NCBI GenBank assembly: GCA_035285865.1
Contig: JAYKHS010000015.1
Location: forward strand, 14,453-78,452
DNA from: Candidatus Sericytochromatia bacterium
GTDB lineage: Bacteria > Cyanobacteriota > Sericytochromatia > S15B-MN24 > VGJW01
DNA: 64,000 nt
Reading direction: 5' to 3'
Positions within the stretch are counted from its first letter, which is position 1, and the number at the start of each line of letters is the position of its first letter. Position numbers and translations under genes: made by a program. The notes under the pieces were generated by a model that was not told the DNA's origin, made no database searches, and was given only the letters and a program-made list of their open reading frames with translations. Shown here one piece after another: positions 1 through 11,467 of this stretch.

Positions 1-741
1 CCCCGTGACGTGGTCTCGCGGGCGATCCACCAGGTCATGCTCGAAACCGGCTCGCCTCACGTGTGGCTGGACATCGCGCATCGCGGCGAGAACTGGGTGC
101 GCGAACACTTTCCCGATCTTTGTGCCGTCAGTGCGCGTGCCGGCGTCGATCTGGCGCGCGAGCCGGTGCCGGTCGTCCCCGCTGCCCACTACAGTTGCGG
201 TGGCGTGGCGGTCGATCTCGAGGGGGCCTCGTCCCTGCGCGGACTCAGGGCCGTGGGCGAGGTCAGCTGCACCGGGGTGCACGGAGCGAACCGGCTTGCC
301 TCGACCAGCCTGCTCGAGGGCCTCGTCTGGGGGACACGCGCCGGTCGCGCGGCCGCATCCTCGGGCCCGCTGGGTGCCGAGCAGGGTCCGCCCATCGCCC
401 CCTGGCGCCACGAGCATGAGCCGGTGGACCCGGCGCTGGTTGCGCAGGACTGGAACACCATCCAGCACACGATGTGGAACTACGTCGGCCTCGTCCGGAA
501 CGAACGCCGCCTGGTGAGGGCCGGGCGCATCCTTGCCGCGCTCGATGAAGAGGTGTCGGCCTTTTATGCCAGCGGCACGATGAGCGATGCCCTTGTCGGT
601 CTGCGCAACGGAGTCCGGGCCGCTCGACTGGTGGCCCGTGCCGCCCTCAAGGCCCGCTGGAGCCTGGGCTGCCACTATCGGGAAGACGTGCCGGGGCCAC
701 CGGCCCTGGGTCGCCTTCCGACGCTTCGTCCCATCGGCTGA
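1..741 (+). CDS. nadB: L-aspartate oxidase, C-terminal part (5' truncated by window edge)
   Basis: PRDVVSRAI, VPAAHYSCGGV, GEVSCTGVHGANRLASTSLLEGLVWG, MWNYVGLVR and SLGCHYRED motifs of NadB. Confidence 0.9.
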   Translation, partial: PRDVVSRAIHQVMLETGSPHVWLDIAHRGENWVREHFPDLCAVSARAGVDLAREPVPVVPAAHYSCGGVAVDLEGASSLRGLRAVGEVSCTGVHGANRLASTSLLEGLVWGTRAGRAAASSGPLGAEQGPPIAPWRHEHEPVDPALVAQDWNTIQHTMWNYVGLVRNERRLVRAGRILAALDEEVSAFYASGTMSDALVGLRNGVRAARLVARAALKARWSLGCHYREDVPGPPALGRLPTLRPIG

Positions 742-2065
742 CCGGAGCCCCGAGCGCCGCGAGCTCCCCCGGTGGCCCGTGGACCGTGACCAGCAGGCCC
801 CCTTCCGGTCCGTCCTCGACCTTGACCACGCGTACCCGCCGGTAGATCTCGGACAGCCGTGCGCGATCCCCTGCCGCCAGCGCAAGCACCGCTTCGCGCG
901 GCGGGCCGGCCACCTGCGCCTCGACGACGGCGCGCAGATCCTTCAGGCCCTCGCCCGAGGCCGCGGAAACAGGGACACAACCGGGTTCCTCGTCGCGCGC
1001 CTGGTCGAGTCGTGCCTGCGCCTCGGGCCGGTCCACCTTGTTGAAGACCACGATCTCGGGGCGATCACCGGCTCCGATTTCCGTCAGGACCGAGCGCGTC
1101 TCGGCCATGTGCTCGGCCCAGGCAGGGTGGGAGAGGTCTACCACGTGGAGCAGCAGATCGGCTTCGGCAGCCTCGGCCAGCGTGGACCGGAAGCTGGCGA
1201 CCAACTGGTGGGGCAGCTTGCGGATGAATCCCACGGTGTCCGTCAGCAGGGCATCGCGTCCGGTGGCAAGGGACCAGCGTCGGGTAGTGGCGTCCAGCGT
1301 GGCGAACAGCTTGTCCTCGGCGAGGACCCCTGCCCGGGTCAGGGCATTGAGCAACGAAGACTTGCCGGCATTGGTGTAGCCCACCAAGGCAACCCGGAAA
1401 AAGCCGTCGTGTCCCCGCAGCCGTGTCTCGGCCTGGCGCCCGATACGACCCAGCTCCCGCTTGAGCGCGGCAATGCGGGCCTTGACGATGCGACGGTCGA
1501 TTTCCAGCTGACTCTCGCCCTCGCCGCCGCGGGTGCGCGTGCCGCCCTTCTGGCGCGTGAAGTGGGTCCAAAGGCCCGTCAGGCGCGGCAGCATGTACTC
1601 GTGCTGCGCCAGTTCGACCTGGGTGCGGGCCTCACGAGTCCTGGCGCGCATCGCGAAGATGTCGAGGATGAGGCCGGTCCTGTCCATGACCTTGACCTTG
1701 GCCTGCTTCTCGAGGTTGCGCTGCTGGCCTGGCGTGAGCTCGTCGTCGAAGAGCAGCCAGTCGGCTTTCTGCTCTTCGGCCAGTGCCATCACCTCCTCCA
1801 CCTTGCCGCTGCCCAGGAACGTGGCCGGATCGGGCTTGGAACGGGCCTGGATCACCCGGCCCACGACATCCATCCCGTCCGTCGTCGCCAGCTGGGCCAT
1901 CTCCTCGAGGTGTTCCTCGACCTCGGGGCGGTCCTGACCACGACCTTGGACTCCGATCAGGATGGCCTTCGGGCGGATCTCGACCGTCTCGAAGAACTCC
2001 TTGCGCGTGTCGCGTTGCTTGCGGCCCAAGGTCAGCCTCCTGCCGGTCTTGGCGCGGAAGCCCAC
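647..2065 (-). CDS. hflX: GTPase HflX
   Basis: GSGKVEE, LTPGQQRNLE, ILDIFAMRA, GEGESQLEIDRR, GYTNAGKS, DTVGF, NKVD. Confidence 0.95.
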   Translation of the reverse strand: MGFRAKTGRRLTLGRKQRDTRKEFFETVEIRPKAILIGVQGRGQDRPEVEEHLEEMAQLATTDGMDVVGRVIQARSKPDPATFLGSGKVEEVMALAEEQKADWLLFDDELTPGQQRNLEKQAKVKVMDRTGLILDIFAMRARTREARTQVELAQHEYMLPRLTGLWTHFTRQKGGTRTRGGEGESQLEIDRRIVKARIAALKRELGRIGRQAETRLRGHDGFFRVALVGYTNAGKSSLLNALTRAGVLAEDKLFATLDATTRRWSLATGRDALLTDTVGFIRKLPHQLVASFRSTLAEAAEADLLLHVVDLSHPAWAEHMAETRSVLTEIGAGDRPEIVVFNKVDRPEAQARLDQARDEEPGCVPVSAASGEGLKDLRAVVEAQVAGPPREAVLALAAGDRARLSEIYRRVRVVKVEDGPEGGLLVTVHGPPGELAALGAPVSRWDEASEGDPGPVAPARLPDSGSPGSSGP

Positions 2066-2807
2066 GCCAACGCCGAGCCGGCCGGTCCCAGATCGATCTC
2101 CAGCGCCTGGACGACTTCTTCCATCTGGCGCTGCCAGACCACGGCCATCTGACCGATGGGGTCGGGGTGACTGGCGAAGCCTTCGTAGGTCATCGCCGGC
2201 AGGAAGCGGATCTTGAGGGGGCCGGGGTTCACCTCGAGCAGGCGGTCCTGCGGGAAACGGGCAAAGGAACCGGCGATGGCCGCGGGAATCACGGGCAGGC
2301 CCGTCTCCCGGGCAAAGTGGAACACGCCGCGCTTGGCCTCGCCCATCACCCCGGTCCGGGTCCGGGTGCCTTCCGGGAAGAGGGCCAGGTACTGGTCACC
2401 GTCGACCTCGGCAAGGCCCGCACGAATCTGCCGGACGGCCTGGTCCCGGTCCTTGCGGTTGATGGGGATGTTGCCATACCAGAGCTGAAGCCGGCCGAAG
2501 ATGGGCACGGAAAGCAGCTCCTGCTTGAAGACGAAGCGCGGCAGCCGGGTCGGCAAGGCGGACACCAGAGCCGGGATGTCGAGGTTGCCTTGATGATTCG
2601 GGGCGAGTAGGAACGGCCCGTCCGGGACATGTTCCAGGCCCTCGACCTCGAGGCGCACGCCGGCGGCCTGCAGGAGCAGAGGAAAGACCTTCTGGGGCTG
2701 GGTGCGCAGGTAGGCGCGCCGATCACGCCGCAGCAGGGCACCGAACCAGACCCTCGGGAACTGGAAGAGCGCCGATGTCGCCAGCGCAAGGCCGTGCCGC
2801 AGGCCCA

Positions 2808-2808
<1 letters not shown>
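2032..2808 (-). CDS. plsC: 1-acyl-sn-glycerol-3-phosphate acyltransferase
   Basis: NHQGNLD (HxxxxD) and FPEGTRT acyltransferase blocks. Confidence 0.85.
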
Positions 2809-4112
<1,304 letters not shown>

Positions 4113-4114
4113 GA

Positions 4115-5509
4115 TCAGTAACCGCCGCCCGGAATTTCCAGGTTGTCGAACAAGGTGAACTCCTTGTGGAAGTAGAGCATCGTCGAGGCCGTGGGGCCGT
4201 GGCGATTCTTGGCGATGATGATCTCGGCCTGGTTCTTGAGCTCGGACGTTTCCGGGTTGTAGTAGTCATCCCGGTGAATGAACATGACGAGGTCGGCGTC
4301 CTGCTCGATGGAGCCCGACTCTCTCAGGTGGCTGAGCATGGGTTTCTTGTCCTTGGATTGCTCCGAGGCGCGGGAGAGCTGGGAAAGCGCCATCACCGGG
4401 CACTCGAGCTCTCGGGCGAGTTCCTTCAGGGCCCGCGAGATGTAGCTGACCTCGGTCGCGCGGTTGTCGGACGAGCGCATCCCCCCGCCCTTCATCAACT
4501 GCAGGTAGTCGATGACGATGAGTCCGAGCTGGTCGATGTTGTTGCGGGCCATGACCCGGCGGCACTTGCTCTTGACCTCGAGCACCGAAATCGAGGGAGT
4601 ATCGTCGATGTACAGCGGCAGCTCGATGAGGCGGTTCACGGCCTCGACGAGGTGGGCCCATTCGTGGTCGGCCACGATGCCCTTCTTGATGTTCTGGCTG
4701 TTGAGCCGGGCTTCGCCGCAGAGCATGCGCTGGCTCAGCTCGTCGGCCGACATCTCGAGGCTGAAGACGATGACGGGTTTGCCTTCGATGTTCTGGGAGG
4801 CGTCGCCGCCCGCAGCGTGACGGGCCACCGACAGCGCGAAGCTGGTCTTGCCCATGCCGGGGCGAGCTCCGAGGATGATCAGGTTCCCGGGCTGGAAGCC
4901 GGTCGTGACCTGATTCAGGTCATAGAAGCCCGTATGCGTGCCCGTGATGACGCCGCTGTGCTCGAAGCGTCGCTCGATGGCGTCATAGGCCCGCAGCAGC
5001 GAAGGCTCGATGTGCTCGCTGTCGCGTCCCCCACGGTGCTGGGCGACGGAGAAGACCTTCTGTTCGGCCTGTTCGAGCACGGCCGCGATGTCGTCCTCCT
5101 CGTCGAAACCGAGGGCCGAGACCTCGCCTCCCGCACGGATGAGCTGACGCCTGAGGGCCTTTTCGGCCACGATGCCGGCGTAGTATTCGGCATTGGCCGT
5201 CGTGGCCACCGCATTGACGAGGTCCGTCAGGAAGAATCGTCCGCCAACCGTCTCGAGTTGGCCACGGGTCTCGAGCAGGTTGCTGACGGCGAGCACGTCC
5301 GAGGGCTGGTTGCGCTCGACCAGGTGCCGAATCGCATCGAAAACCCGTTGATGGGCGTCCCGGTAGAACAGGTCCTGACCGCTGAGGATCTCGAGCACCG
5401 ACGTCACGGCATTGGGAGACAGCAACATGGCGCCGAGCACCGCCTGCTCGGCCTCGGTGTTGTGAGGCGGGATCCTGGGCTCGCCGTAGCCCTGGCGCGG
5501 CTCAGCCAC
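4115..5509 (-). CDS. dnaB: replicative DNA helicase
   Basis: [61 protein letters not shown]; no intein. Confidence 0.98.
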   Translation of the reverse strand: MAEPRQGYGEPRIPPHNTEAEQAVLGAMLLSPNAVTSVLEILSGQDLFYRDAHQRVFDAIRHLVERNQPSDVLAVSNLLETRGQLETVGGRFFLTDLVNAVATTANAEYYAGIVAEKALRRQLIRAGGEVSALGFDEEDDIAAVLEQAEQKVFSVAQHRGGRDSEHIEPSLLRAYDAIERRFEHSGVITGTHTGFYDLNQVTTGFQPGNLIILGARPGMGKTSFALSVARHAAGGDASQNIEGKPVIVFSLEMSADELSQRMLCGEARLNSQNIKKGIVADHEWAHLVEAVNRLIELPLYIDDTPSISVLEVKSKCRRVMARNNIDQLGLIVIDYLQLMKGGGMRSSDNRATEVSYISRALKELARELECPVMALSQLSRASEQSKDKKPMLSHLRESGSIEQDADLVMFIHRDDYYNPETSELKNQAEIIIAKNRHGPTASTMLYFHKEFTLFDNLEIPGGGY

Positions 5510-5951
5510 CGGCCACCACGTGCACCCGGACCGAGGCGCTTACCTCGGGGTGCAGGCGCGCAACCAGCTTGAAATGGCCCAGGGCCTTGATGGGCTCGTC
5601 CAGTTCCAGCTTGCGCTTGTCGACCTCGATGCCCGTCTGGGTCTTGAGTGCGGTGGCGATTTCCTTGCTGGTGATGGCCCCGTACAGACGATGCTCGCTG
5701 CCGGCCTTGGCCTCCATGCGGACCTCGATGCCCTCGAGGCGCTTCGCCGTCTCCTCGGCAGCCGCCTTGATGCGGGCGGCACGGACGGCCTCGGTCTTCT
5801 TGAGGTCGGCCTGGTGCCGCAGCGCCCCGTCCGTCGCCTCGACCGCCAGCTTCCTCGGGAACAGGAAGTTCCGTGCGTAGCCGTCGTTGGCCTCGACGGT
5901 CTCGCCGGCCTTGCCGACTCCCTTGACGTCCTTGATCAGGATGACTTTCAC
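5502..5951 (-). CDS. rplI: 50S ribosomal protein L9
   Basis: [29 protein letters not shown] start at 5951 with AAGGAG upstream; adjacent to dnaB. Confidence 0.97.
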   Translation of the reverse strand: MKVILIKDVKGVGKAGETVEANDGYARNFLFPRKLAVEATDGALRHQADLKKTEAVRAARIKAAAEETAKRLEGIEVRMEAKAGSEHRLYGAITSKEIATALKTQTGIEVDKRKLELDEPIKALGHFKLVARLHPEVSASVRVHVVAGG

Positions 5952-6024
5952 TGCACGCTCCTTGTCGTGGGGGTACCGCATGCGCCGGAGTGGGCGTCCC
6001 GGACGCCCGGCCGCCAGCCCATGG

Positions 6025-6519
6025 CTAGTCCCGGAAGTTGAGGAACTGGAGGTCCAGGGGGAAGTCCCCCGCGCGCAGGGCCTTGATGACGGCCTGCAGG
6101 TCGTCCTTAGACTTGCCGAGGACTCGGACCTGGTCGTCCTGGATCTGGGTCTGGACCTTGAGTTTGGTGCCCTTGATCAGATCGACCAGTTTGCGGGCGT
6201 GATCGCGGTCGATGCCCTGCCGGATGCCCAGTTGCTGCCGGACCTTGCCGCCGAGCGAGGCCTCGACCTTGCCGGCATCCAGACACTTCAGGGAGATCTG
6301 GCGGCGGGTCATCTTGTCGTGCAGCACGTCGAGGATGTTGCGCAGCTTGGTCTCGTCGGGGGCGTTGAGCGTGATGCCGTCCTTGCCGAGGTCGATGGAA
6401 CTGCCGGTGCCCTTGAGGTCGAAGCGCTGCTCGATCTCCTTGGCGACCATGTTCACGGCGTTCTGCACCTCGTTCATGTCGGCTTTGGACACGATGTCGA
6501 AGCTGGCTTCCTTGGCCAC
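6025..6519 (-). CDS. yajQ: YajQ family nucleotide/c-di-GMP-binding protein
   Basis: [51 protein letters not shown]. Confidence 0.95.
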   Translation of the reverse strand: MAKEASFDIVSKADMNEVQNAVNMVAKEIEQRFDLKGTGSSIDLGKDGITLNAPDETKLRNILDVLHDKMTRRQISLKCLDAGKVEASLGGKVRQQLGIRQGIDRDHARKLVDLIKGTKLKVQTQIQDDQVRVLGKSKDDLQAVIKALRAGDFPLDLQFLNFRD

Positions 6520-6629
6520 GGGAGGGTCCTTTCTCCAACCGGCGGGGCTGTCGGCAACCCCCGGATGGACCGTTCATTGTACCATCGGGGCACGGGCCCA
6601 AGGCGGCCTGGCATGACGGAGGACATGAC

Positions 6630-7115
6630 CTGCACTGGCTGGTGGCGGCGGTGGGGCGGATGCGCGACGAGGGGTTGGCCCGTGCGGCTGCCGTCCACGT
6701 GGGACGCCTCTCCGGACCCCGTGGCTTGCAGGTGGTGGAGGTTGCCGACGTCCCTGCCCGTGGCGGGAAGATTCTGGATGCGTTGGCGCGTGAGGCGGAA
6801 TCCCTGCGTCGCGTCACGCGGGGCACGCACCGGATTGCCCTGTCCGAGCGCGGGCCCTCCTGGGACACGCGGGCACTGGCCGATCGCCTGGCCCGGCTGC
6901 GGGATGAGGGCCTCCGGGTGTCGTTCCTGATCGGCGGGGCCGAAGGCCTTGATCCCGGCCTCGAGCGCGAGGCCGAGGATCGTCTTGCCCTGTCCCGGAT
7001 GACGCTGCCTCACGAGTTGGCCCGTGTCGTCCTGCTCGAGCAACTCTTTCGAGTCGACAGCCTGTGGCGGGGGTCGCCCTACCATCGGGACGGCGTCCCG
7101 GAGGATCGGCCGTGA
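6630..7115 (+). CDS. rlmH: 23S rRNA (pseudouridine1915-N3)-methyltransferase; start CTG 6630 or GTG 6642
   Basis: AVGR N-terminus, FLIGGAEGL, LSRMTLPHELARVVLLEQLFR..G.PYHR SPOUT signature. Confidence 0.92.
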   Translation: MHWLVAAVGRMRDEGLARAAAVHVGRLSGPRGLQVVEVADVPARGGKILDALAREAESLRRVTRGTHRIALSERGPSWDTRALADRLARLRDEGLRVSFLIGGAEGLDPGLEREAEDRLALSRMTLPHELARVVLLEQLFRVDSLWRGSPYHRDGVPEDRP

Positions 7116-7549
7116 AGCGCGAGGTCCGCATCGTGTTGCTGAGCCGCGTCGAGGAGCCGGACGGCGAGGTGCGCGAGACCGTGCAGGTTCACGAGGGGCT
7201 CTGGTACGGGGACCTGGACCGCGGAACCCTGCGCTGGACGGATGATGGGGTCTCCTCGACCCTGCGATGGGCTCCCGATGAGTGGCGGCTTGTGCGCCAC
7301 GGCGAGCGTCTGGAGGCCACCCAGGTGTTTCGCCCCGGACTGCCCCAGCCTTTCGATTTCCGGTCGGCCGCCGGCATCCTGCCCTTCGAGACGGCGTGTC
7401 ATCGCCTCGAGGCCCGGCCCCGGGACGGGGGGCTCGAGCTTGATCTGGAATACAGCCTCTGGGGTGGGGGGCAGCGTGTCGGCGACTTTTGTCTGCGCAT
7501 GACGGCCACGTTGGTGTCGGCCCCGGGCACCGCTACAATGGATGTCTGA
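7112..7549 (+). CDS. DUF1934/YwiB-like beta-barrel protein
   Basis: ~145 aa beta-rich, pattern LVRHGE..QVF.PG..F...G.L.F.T..LDLEYSL; GTGA overlap with rlmH; directly upstream of argS as for ywiB. Confidence 0.55.
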   Translation: MKREVRIVLLSRVEEPDGEVRETVQVHEGLWYGDLDRGTLRWTDDGVSSTLRWAPDEWRLVRHGERLEATQVFRPGLPQPFDFRSAAGILPFETACHRLEARPRDGGLELDLEYSLWGGGQRVGDFCLRMTATLVSAPGTATMDV

Positions 7550-9210
7550 TGATTCGCGAATTGCTTGCAGACAGACTGGCCGTGGCCCTCGAGGCTGCGG
7601 TCGCGGCGGGGGACCTGCCGCTTGCCGATGCCGGAACCATTCATGTCGAACGCGCCCGTCACGAGGCGCATGGAGACTTCGCGAGCAACGTGGCCATGGT
7701 GCTGGCCAAGTCCGCACGTCGTCGTCCGCTGGACATCGCTCAGGCCATCTCCGACAGGCTCGTGACGGGCGATGATCTTGCCGAGGTTTCGGTCGCCGCA
7801 CCCGGCTTCCTGAACATCCGCGTCTCGGATGCGTTCCTGCGCCGCAGCCTTGCGACCATCCTCGGAGAGGGGGCCGCGCATGGTCGCAGCACGGTCGGCA
7901 ACGCCGAGAAGGTCCTCATCGAGTATGTGTCCGCCAACCCCACGGGTCCCCTGCATGTCGGCCACGGTCGCTGGGCGGTCCTGGGCTCGGCGCTCGCCGC
8001 CACCATGCGCTGGGCGGGCTACGACGTCGCCCAGGAGTTCTACGTCAACGACGCCGGCAACCAGCTGCAGAACCTGGGACGCTCCCTGCTGTACCGCATG
8101 GAGGGCCGCCCCCTGCCCGAGGATGCCTCGGAGTTCTACGGCGGGGCCTATGTGGAGGAGGCGGCCAAGGCCGCGCGGGAGCAACTCGGCGATCTGTCGG
8201 CCCTCGACGAGGAGGCCCGCGTCCGCAGGCTGGCGGACTTCGGTCGCGACTGGTTTCTGGCCGCGCAGGACACGACGCTGGATCGACTCGGGACCCGCTT
8301 CGATCGCTGGGTGTCCGAGCGGACCCTTCATGAGGCCGGTGCCGTCGAGGCCATGTTGCGGGAGATGGAGGCCAGCGGGGCCGTGGTTCGCCGTGACGGC
8401 GCGCTGTGGCTGACGTCTGCGGCGCACGGCGATACCGAGGATCGGGTGGTCGTCCGGGCGGACGGTCGGCCCACCTATCTGGCTGCCGACATGGCCTACC
8501 ACGCCGACAAGTTTGCCCGCGGCCACGATCGCCTGCTGAACATCTGGGGTGCGGACCATCATGGCTACGTCGCGCGAATGCGCGCGGCCGTCGCTTGCAT
8601 GGGGCGTGACCCGGGCAAGCTCGAGGTCGTGCTGGGCCAGTTGGTCAAGCTGTTCCGCGACGGCCAGGAAGTCCGCATGAGCAAGCGGACGGGCGACATG
8701 GTCACGCTCGACGAGGTCCTGGACGAGGTGGGTCGCGATGCCACGCGCTGGTTTCTCGTCGCCCGCAGCGCCGACAGCACCATCGATTTCGACCTCGATC
8801 TGGCCCGCCAGGAATCGTCGGACAATCCGGTCTTCTACGTCCAGTACGCCCACGCCCGCATCTGCTCCATCATGCGCGCGGCTGGCGAGGCCGGCCATTT
8901 GCCGACTGACTGGGGAACCGTCACCCTGCTGCCCTTCGAGGCACCTGAGGAGCGTGCACTGGCCCTCTGGTTGGCCGGCTTCACCGACGAGGTAGCCGGG
9001 GCAGCCCTGGCCCGTGAACCGCATCGCCTGACCCGATACGCGACGGATCTGGCCCAGCGCTACCACGCCTTCTACACCCAGTGTCGCGTCATCGACACCG
9101 CACAGCCCGAGCGGACGGTCACGCGCCTCGCGCTTTGCGCCGCGACGCGTCAGGTGCTTGCCATCCTGCTGGAGTCGCTTCTGGGAATCTCGGCTCCGGA
9201 GGCGATGTGA
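7549..9210 (+). CDS. argS: arginine--tRNA ligase
   Basis: HGDFASNVAM, EYVSANPTGPLHVGHGR, WGADHHGY, MSKRTG, NPVFYVQYAHARI, LGISAPEAM; TGATG coupling. Confidence 0.98.
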   Translation: MIRELLADRLAVALEAAVAAGDLPLADAGTIHVERARHEAHGDFASNVAMVLAKSARRRPLDIAQAISDRLVTGDDLAEVSVAAPGFLNIRVSDAFLRRSLATILGEGAAHGRSTVGNAEKVLIEYVSANPTGPLHVGHGRWAVLGSALAATMRWAGYDVAQEFYVNDAGNQLQNLGRSLLYRMEGRPLPEDASEFYGGAYVEEAAKAAREQLGDLSALDEEARVRRLADFGRDWFLAAQDTTLDRLGTRFDRWVSERTLHEAGAVEAMLREMEASGAVVRRDGALWLTSAAHGDTEDRVVVRADGRPTYLAADMAYHADKFARGHDRLLNIWGADHHGYVARMRAAVACMGRDPGKLEVVLGQLVKLFRDGQEVRMSKRTGDMVTLDEVLDEVGRDATRWFLVARSADSTIDFDLDLARQESSDNPVFYVQYAHARICSIMRAAGEAGHLPTDWGTVTLLPFEAPEERALALWLAGFTDEVAGAALAREPHRLTRYATDLAQRYHAFYTQCRVIDTAQPERTVTRLALCAATRQVLAILLESLLGISAPEAM

Positions 9211-10535
9211 CGGGGGCCCGGCCTCCCGGTCCCGACACGCCCCTCCTCGATGCTGTCCTGAGGGCTGCCCGTGCGCCCGGTACGCGCCTGCAGACCCCGG
9301 CGCACCAGGGTCGTCCGCCGTGGCAAGCCGCCTGGCCGGATTGGGCTGCGGCGGATCTGACGGAGAATGAGGCCACCGACGATCTCGGCTGGCCCGTAGG
9401 CCCCGTTCGTGAGGCACGACTTGCCCTTGCGGCGTGCTTCGGGGCCAAGGCAAGCTGGTTCAGCGTGGGCGGGGCCACGCTCGCGCAGCAGGCCGCTTTC
9501 TGGGCACTGGCCGTGACCTTGGCCTCCCGCGGGCGACAACCCTTGGTCGCGGTCGATCGCAACGCCCACGTGTCCGTCCTGCGTGGCATGGCGCTCGCAG
9601 GCCTCGAGCCCGTCTGGTACGGCGGTGCGTGGGACGCTGCCTGGGGCGTCCGACGACCGCCCGATCCGGAGGACCTGGCCGCCCTGTTGGCTGCTCGTCC
9701 CGAGATCGGTGCCGTGCACCTGACCAGTCCGACCTATTTCGGCGAGGATGCCCAGACGGCTGCCCTGCGCGATTTGGCGGGAGACCGACCGCTGCTGGTG
9801 GACGAGGCGCATGGGGCCCATCGACCGCGCGCGCTTTCGGCCGGGGCCGACCTCGTCGTGCATTCGGCCCACAAGGGCTTGCTGGGCCCCACGCAGGGCG
9901 GCTTCCTGCATCTTGGGGGGCACCTGATCCTCGAGGCCGATGTGGATCGGGCCATGCGGTTGCTGCAAACCACCAGTCCGAGTTGGCCCCTGCTTGCCGC
10001 GCTGGACGCCTGCCGCGCCGCATTCGCGTTGCCTCGTGCCGACGTTCCTGCCGATGCGCTCTGGCTGCGCGGTCTTCGGTGCCGTCCCGGCGCGGATGCG
10101 ATGCGCTGTCTCGTGGCTTTCCCGGACGGCATGGCGGCTTATGAGGTCTTGGTCAGGGCTGGCCACGCACCTGAGGCCGCCTTGCCGCGCGGGGTGTTGC
10201 TGCTCGTCGGGGGGGCGGGCGATGACGAGGCGGCCTTGGATGAACTGGGCTCCTTGCTCAGGGCCGAGGCTCTGCGTCAGGAGTCTTCGGGGCTCGAGCC
10301 CGTCCTCCCGCCACCCGATCCGGACGTGCCGGTCATGGGCCTGAGGGAGGCGATGCTGGCTCCGGCTGTTTGCGTTCCTGTCGCTCAGGCCGTGGGCCGG
10401 ATTGCCGTGGAGCCCCTTTGTCCCTATCCGCCCGGCGTGGCCGTGGTGCTGCCGGGCCATCGTGTCACGGAGTCACAGCTGGCATTTCTTGCCGACCACG
10501 ATGCCCTGCCCGAAGGCATGCAGGTGGTGGCGTGA
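9207..10535 (+). CDS. Orn/Lys/Arg decarboxylase family PLP enzyme (YaaO-like)
   Basis: DRNAHVS, TSPTYFG, LVDEAHGAH, VHSAHKGL, QTTSPSW, PYPPGV. Confidence 0.85.
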   Translation: MTGARPPGPDTPLLDAVLRAARAPGTRLQTPAHQGRPPWQAAWPDWAAADLTENEATDDLGWPVGPVREARLALAACFGAKASWFSVGGATLAQQAAFWALAVTLASRGRQPLVAVDRNAHVSVLRGMALAGLEPVWYGGAWDAAWGVRRPPDPEDLAALLAARPEIGAVHLTSPTYFGEDAQTAALRDLAGDRPLLVDEAHGAHRPRALSAGADLVVHSAHKGLLGPTQGGFLHLGGHLILEADVDRAMRLLQTTSPSWPLLAALDACRAAFALPRADVPADALWLRGLRCRPGADAMRCLVAFPDGMAAYEVLVRAGHAPEAALPRGVLLLVGGAGDDEAALDELGSLLRAEALRQESSGLEPVLPPPDPDVPVMGLREAMLAPAVCVPVAQAVGRIAVEPLCPYPPGVAVVLPGHRVTESQLAFLADHDALPEGMQVVA

Positions 10536-11467
10536 CCGTCCGGGCGTGGGCTGCCATGGCGCTGCAGGTGCTCATTGCCGGGGCAACATTCCACGTCGCC
10601 CGCCATGGGCTTCAGGTCTTCGAGCCGTTGCACTTCATCCACTGGCGCGTCCAGGGGGTCGCGGTCCTCTTCGCCATCCTGCTTGCCCTGCTGGGACGGC
10701 CGTTGCTGCCCCCCGCAGGGACGCGCGCGCCGCTGCTCCTGCTGGGCCTGCTGGGAGGCCCGTGCAACCAGGTGCTCTTTTTCGTGGGGCTGGCCCGGAC
10801 CTCGCCCGTGCACGCTGCCCTCATCTATGCGCTGACTCCGGCCACCATCCTGCTGGGGTCGTGGCTGACGAAGGCCGAGAAGCCGCGCTTGCGCGACGGT
10901 GTGGCTCTGGTCCTTGCCTTTTCAGGGGTCCTGTTGCTGCTGGCGCCCGGGTTGGCCTCGGGGTCAGGCACGGCTTCGCTGCAGGGTGACTTGCTCGTGG
11001 TCGGCGGCATGCTCTGCTGGGCCGCCTACTCCCGAGGGATGCGGCGATGGACCGAGGCCTTGGGGGCCGTCCCGGCTACGGCATGGGCATGGCTTCTGGC
11101 GGCTGCGGCGACCTGCTGCCTCTGGCCATGGCTGGGACCGGGCCTCGTCGTCGGTTCACCCCAGCAGGGCCACTGGGCCAGTTTTGCCTATGTGCTGGTG
11201 CTGACCAGCTTCGTGGCCTACATGCTCTATGGTTACGGCCTCGAACGACTCGGGCCGGCGCGGACCGCCATCTTCCTGAACGGGCAGCCCGTCGTGGCGA
11301 TGGTCATCGGCCTGCTGCTCGGACAGCGGGATGCGGGGCCCACGGCGATTGTCGCGACGGGCCTCGTCGTGGGCGGCGTCGTGCTGATGCAGCGTCAGCG
11401 CGGCCGCAGCTTGCCCACTGCGGCTCTGGCGGCTTCGGCCACACCCGGATCGTCGTCGTTGGCATAG
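10532..11467 (+). CDS. DMT/EamA family transporter
   Basis: ~10 hydrophobic segments in two repeats; GDLLV, NGQPVVA. Confidence 0.85.
   Translation: MTVRAWAAMALQVLIAGATFHVARHGLQVFEPLHFIHWRVQGVAVLFAILLALLGRPLLPPAGTRAPLLLLGLLGGPCNQVLFFVGLARTSPVHAALIYALTPATILLGSWLTKAEKPRLRDGVALVLAFSGVLLLLAPGLASGSGTASLQGDLLVVGGMLCWAAYSRGMRRWTEALGAVPATAWAWLLAAAATCCLWPWLGPGLVVGSPQQGHWASFAYVLVLTSFVAYMLYGYGLERLGPARTAIFLNGQPVVAMVIGLLLGQRDAGPTAIVATGLVVGGVVLMQRQRGRSLPTAALAASATPGSSSLA

Noticed and set aside
4115..5509. Intein in dnaB
   Set aside because: Normal length with contiguous helicase motifs.
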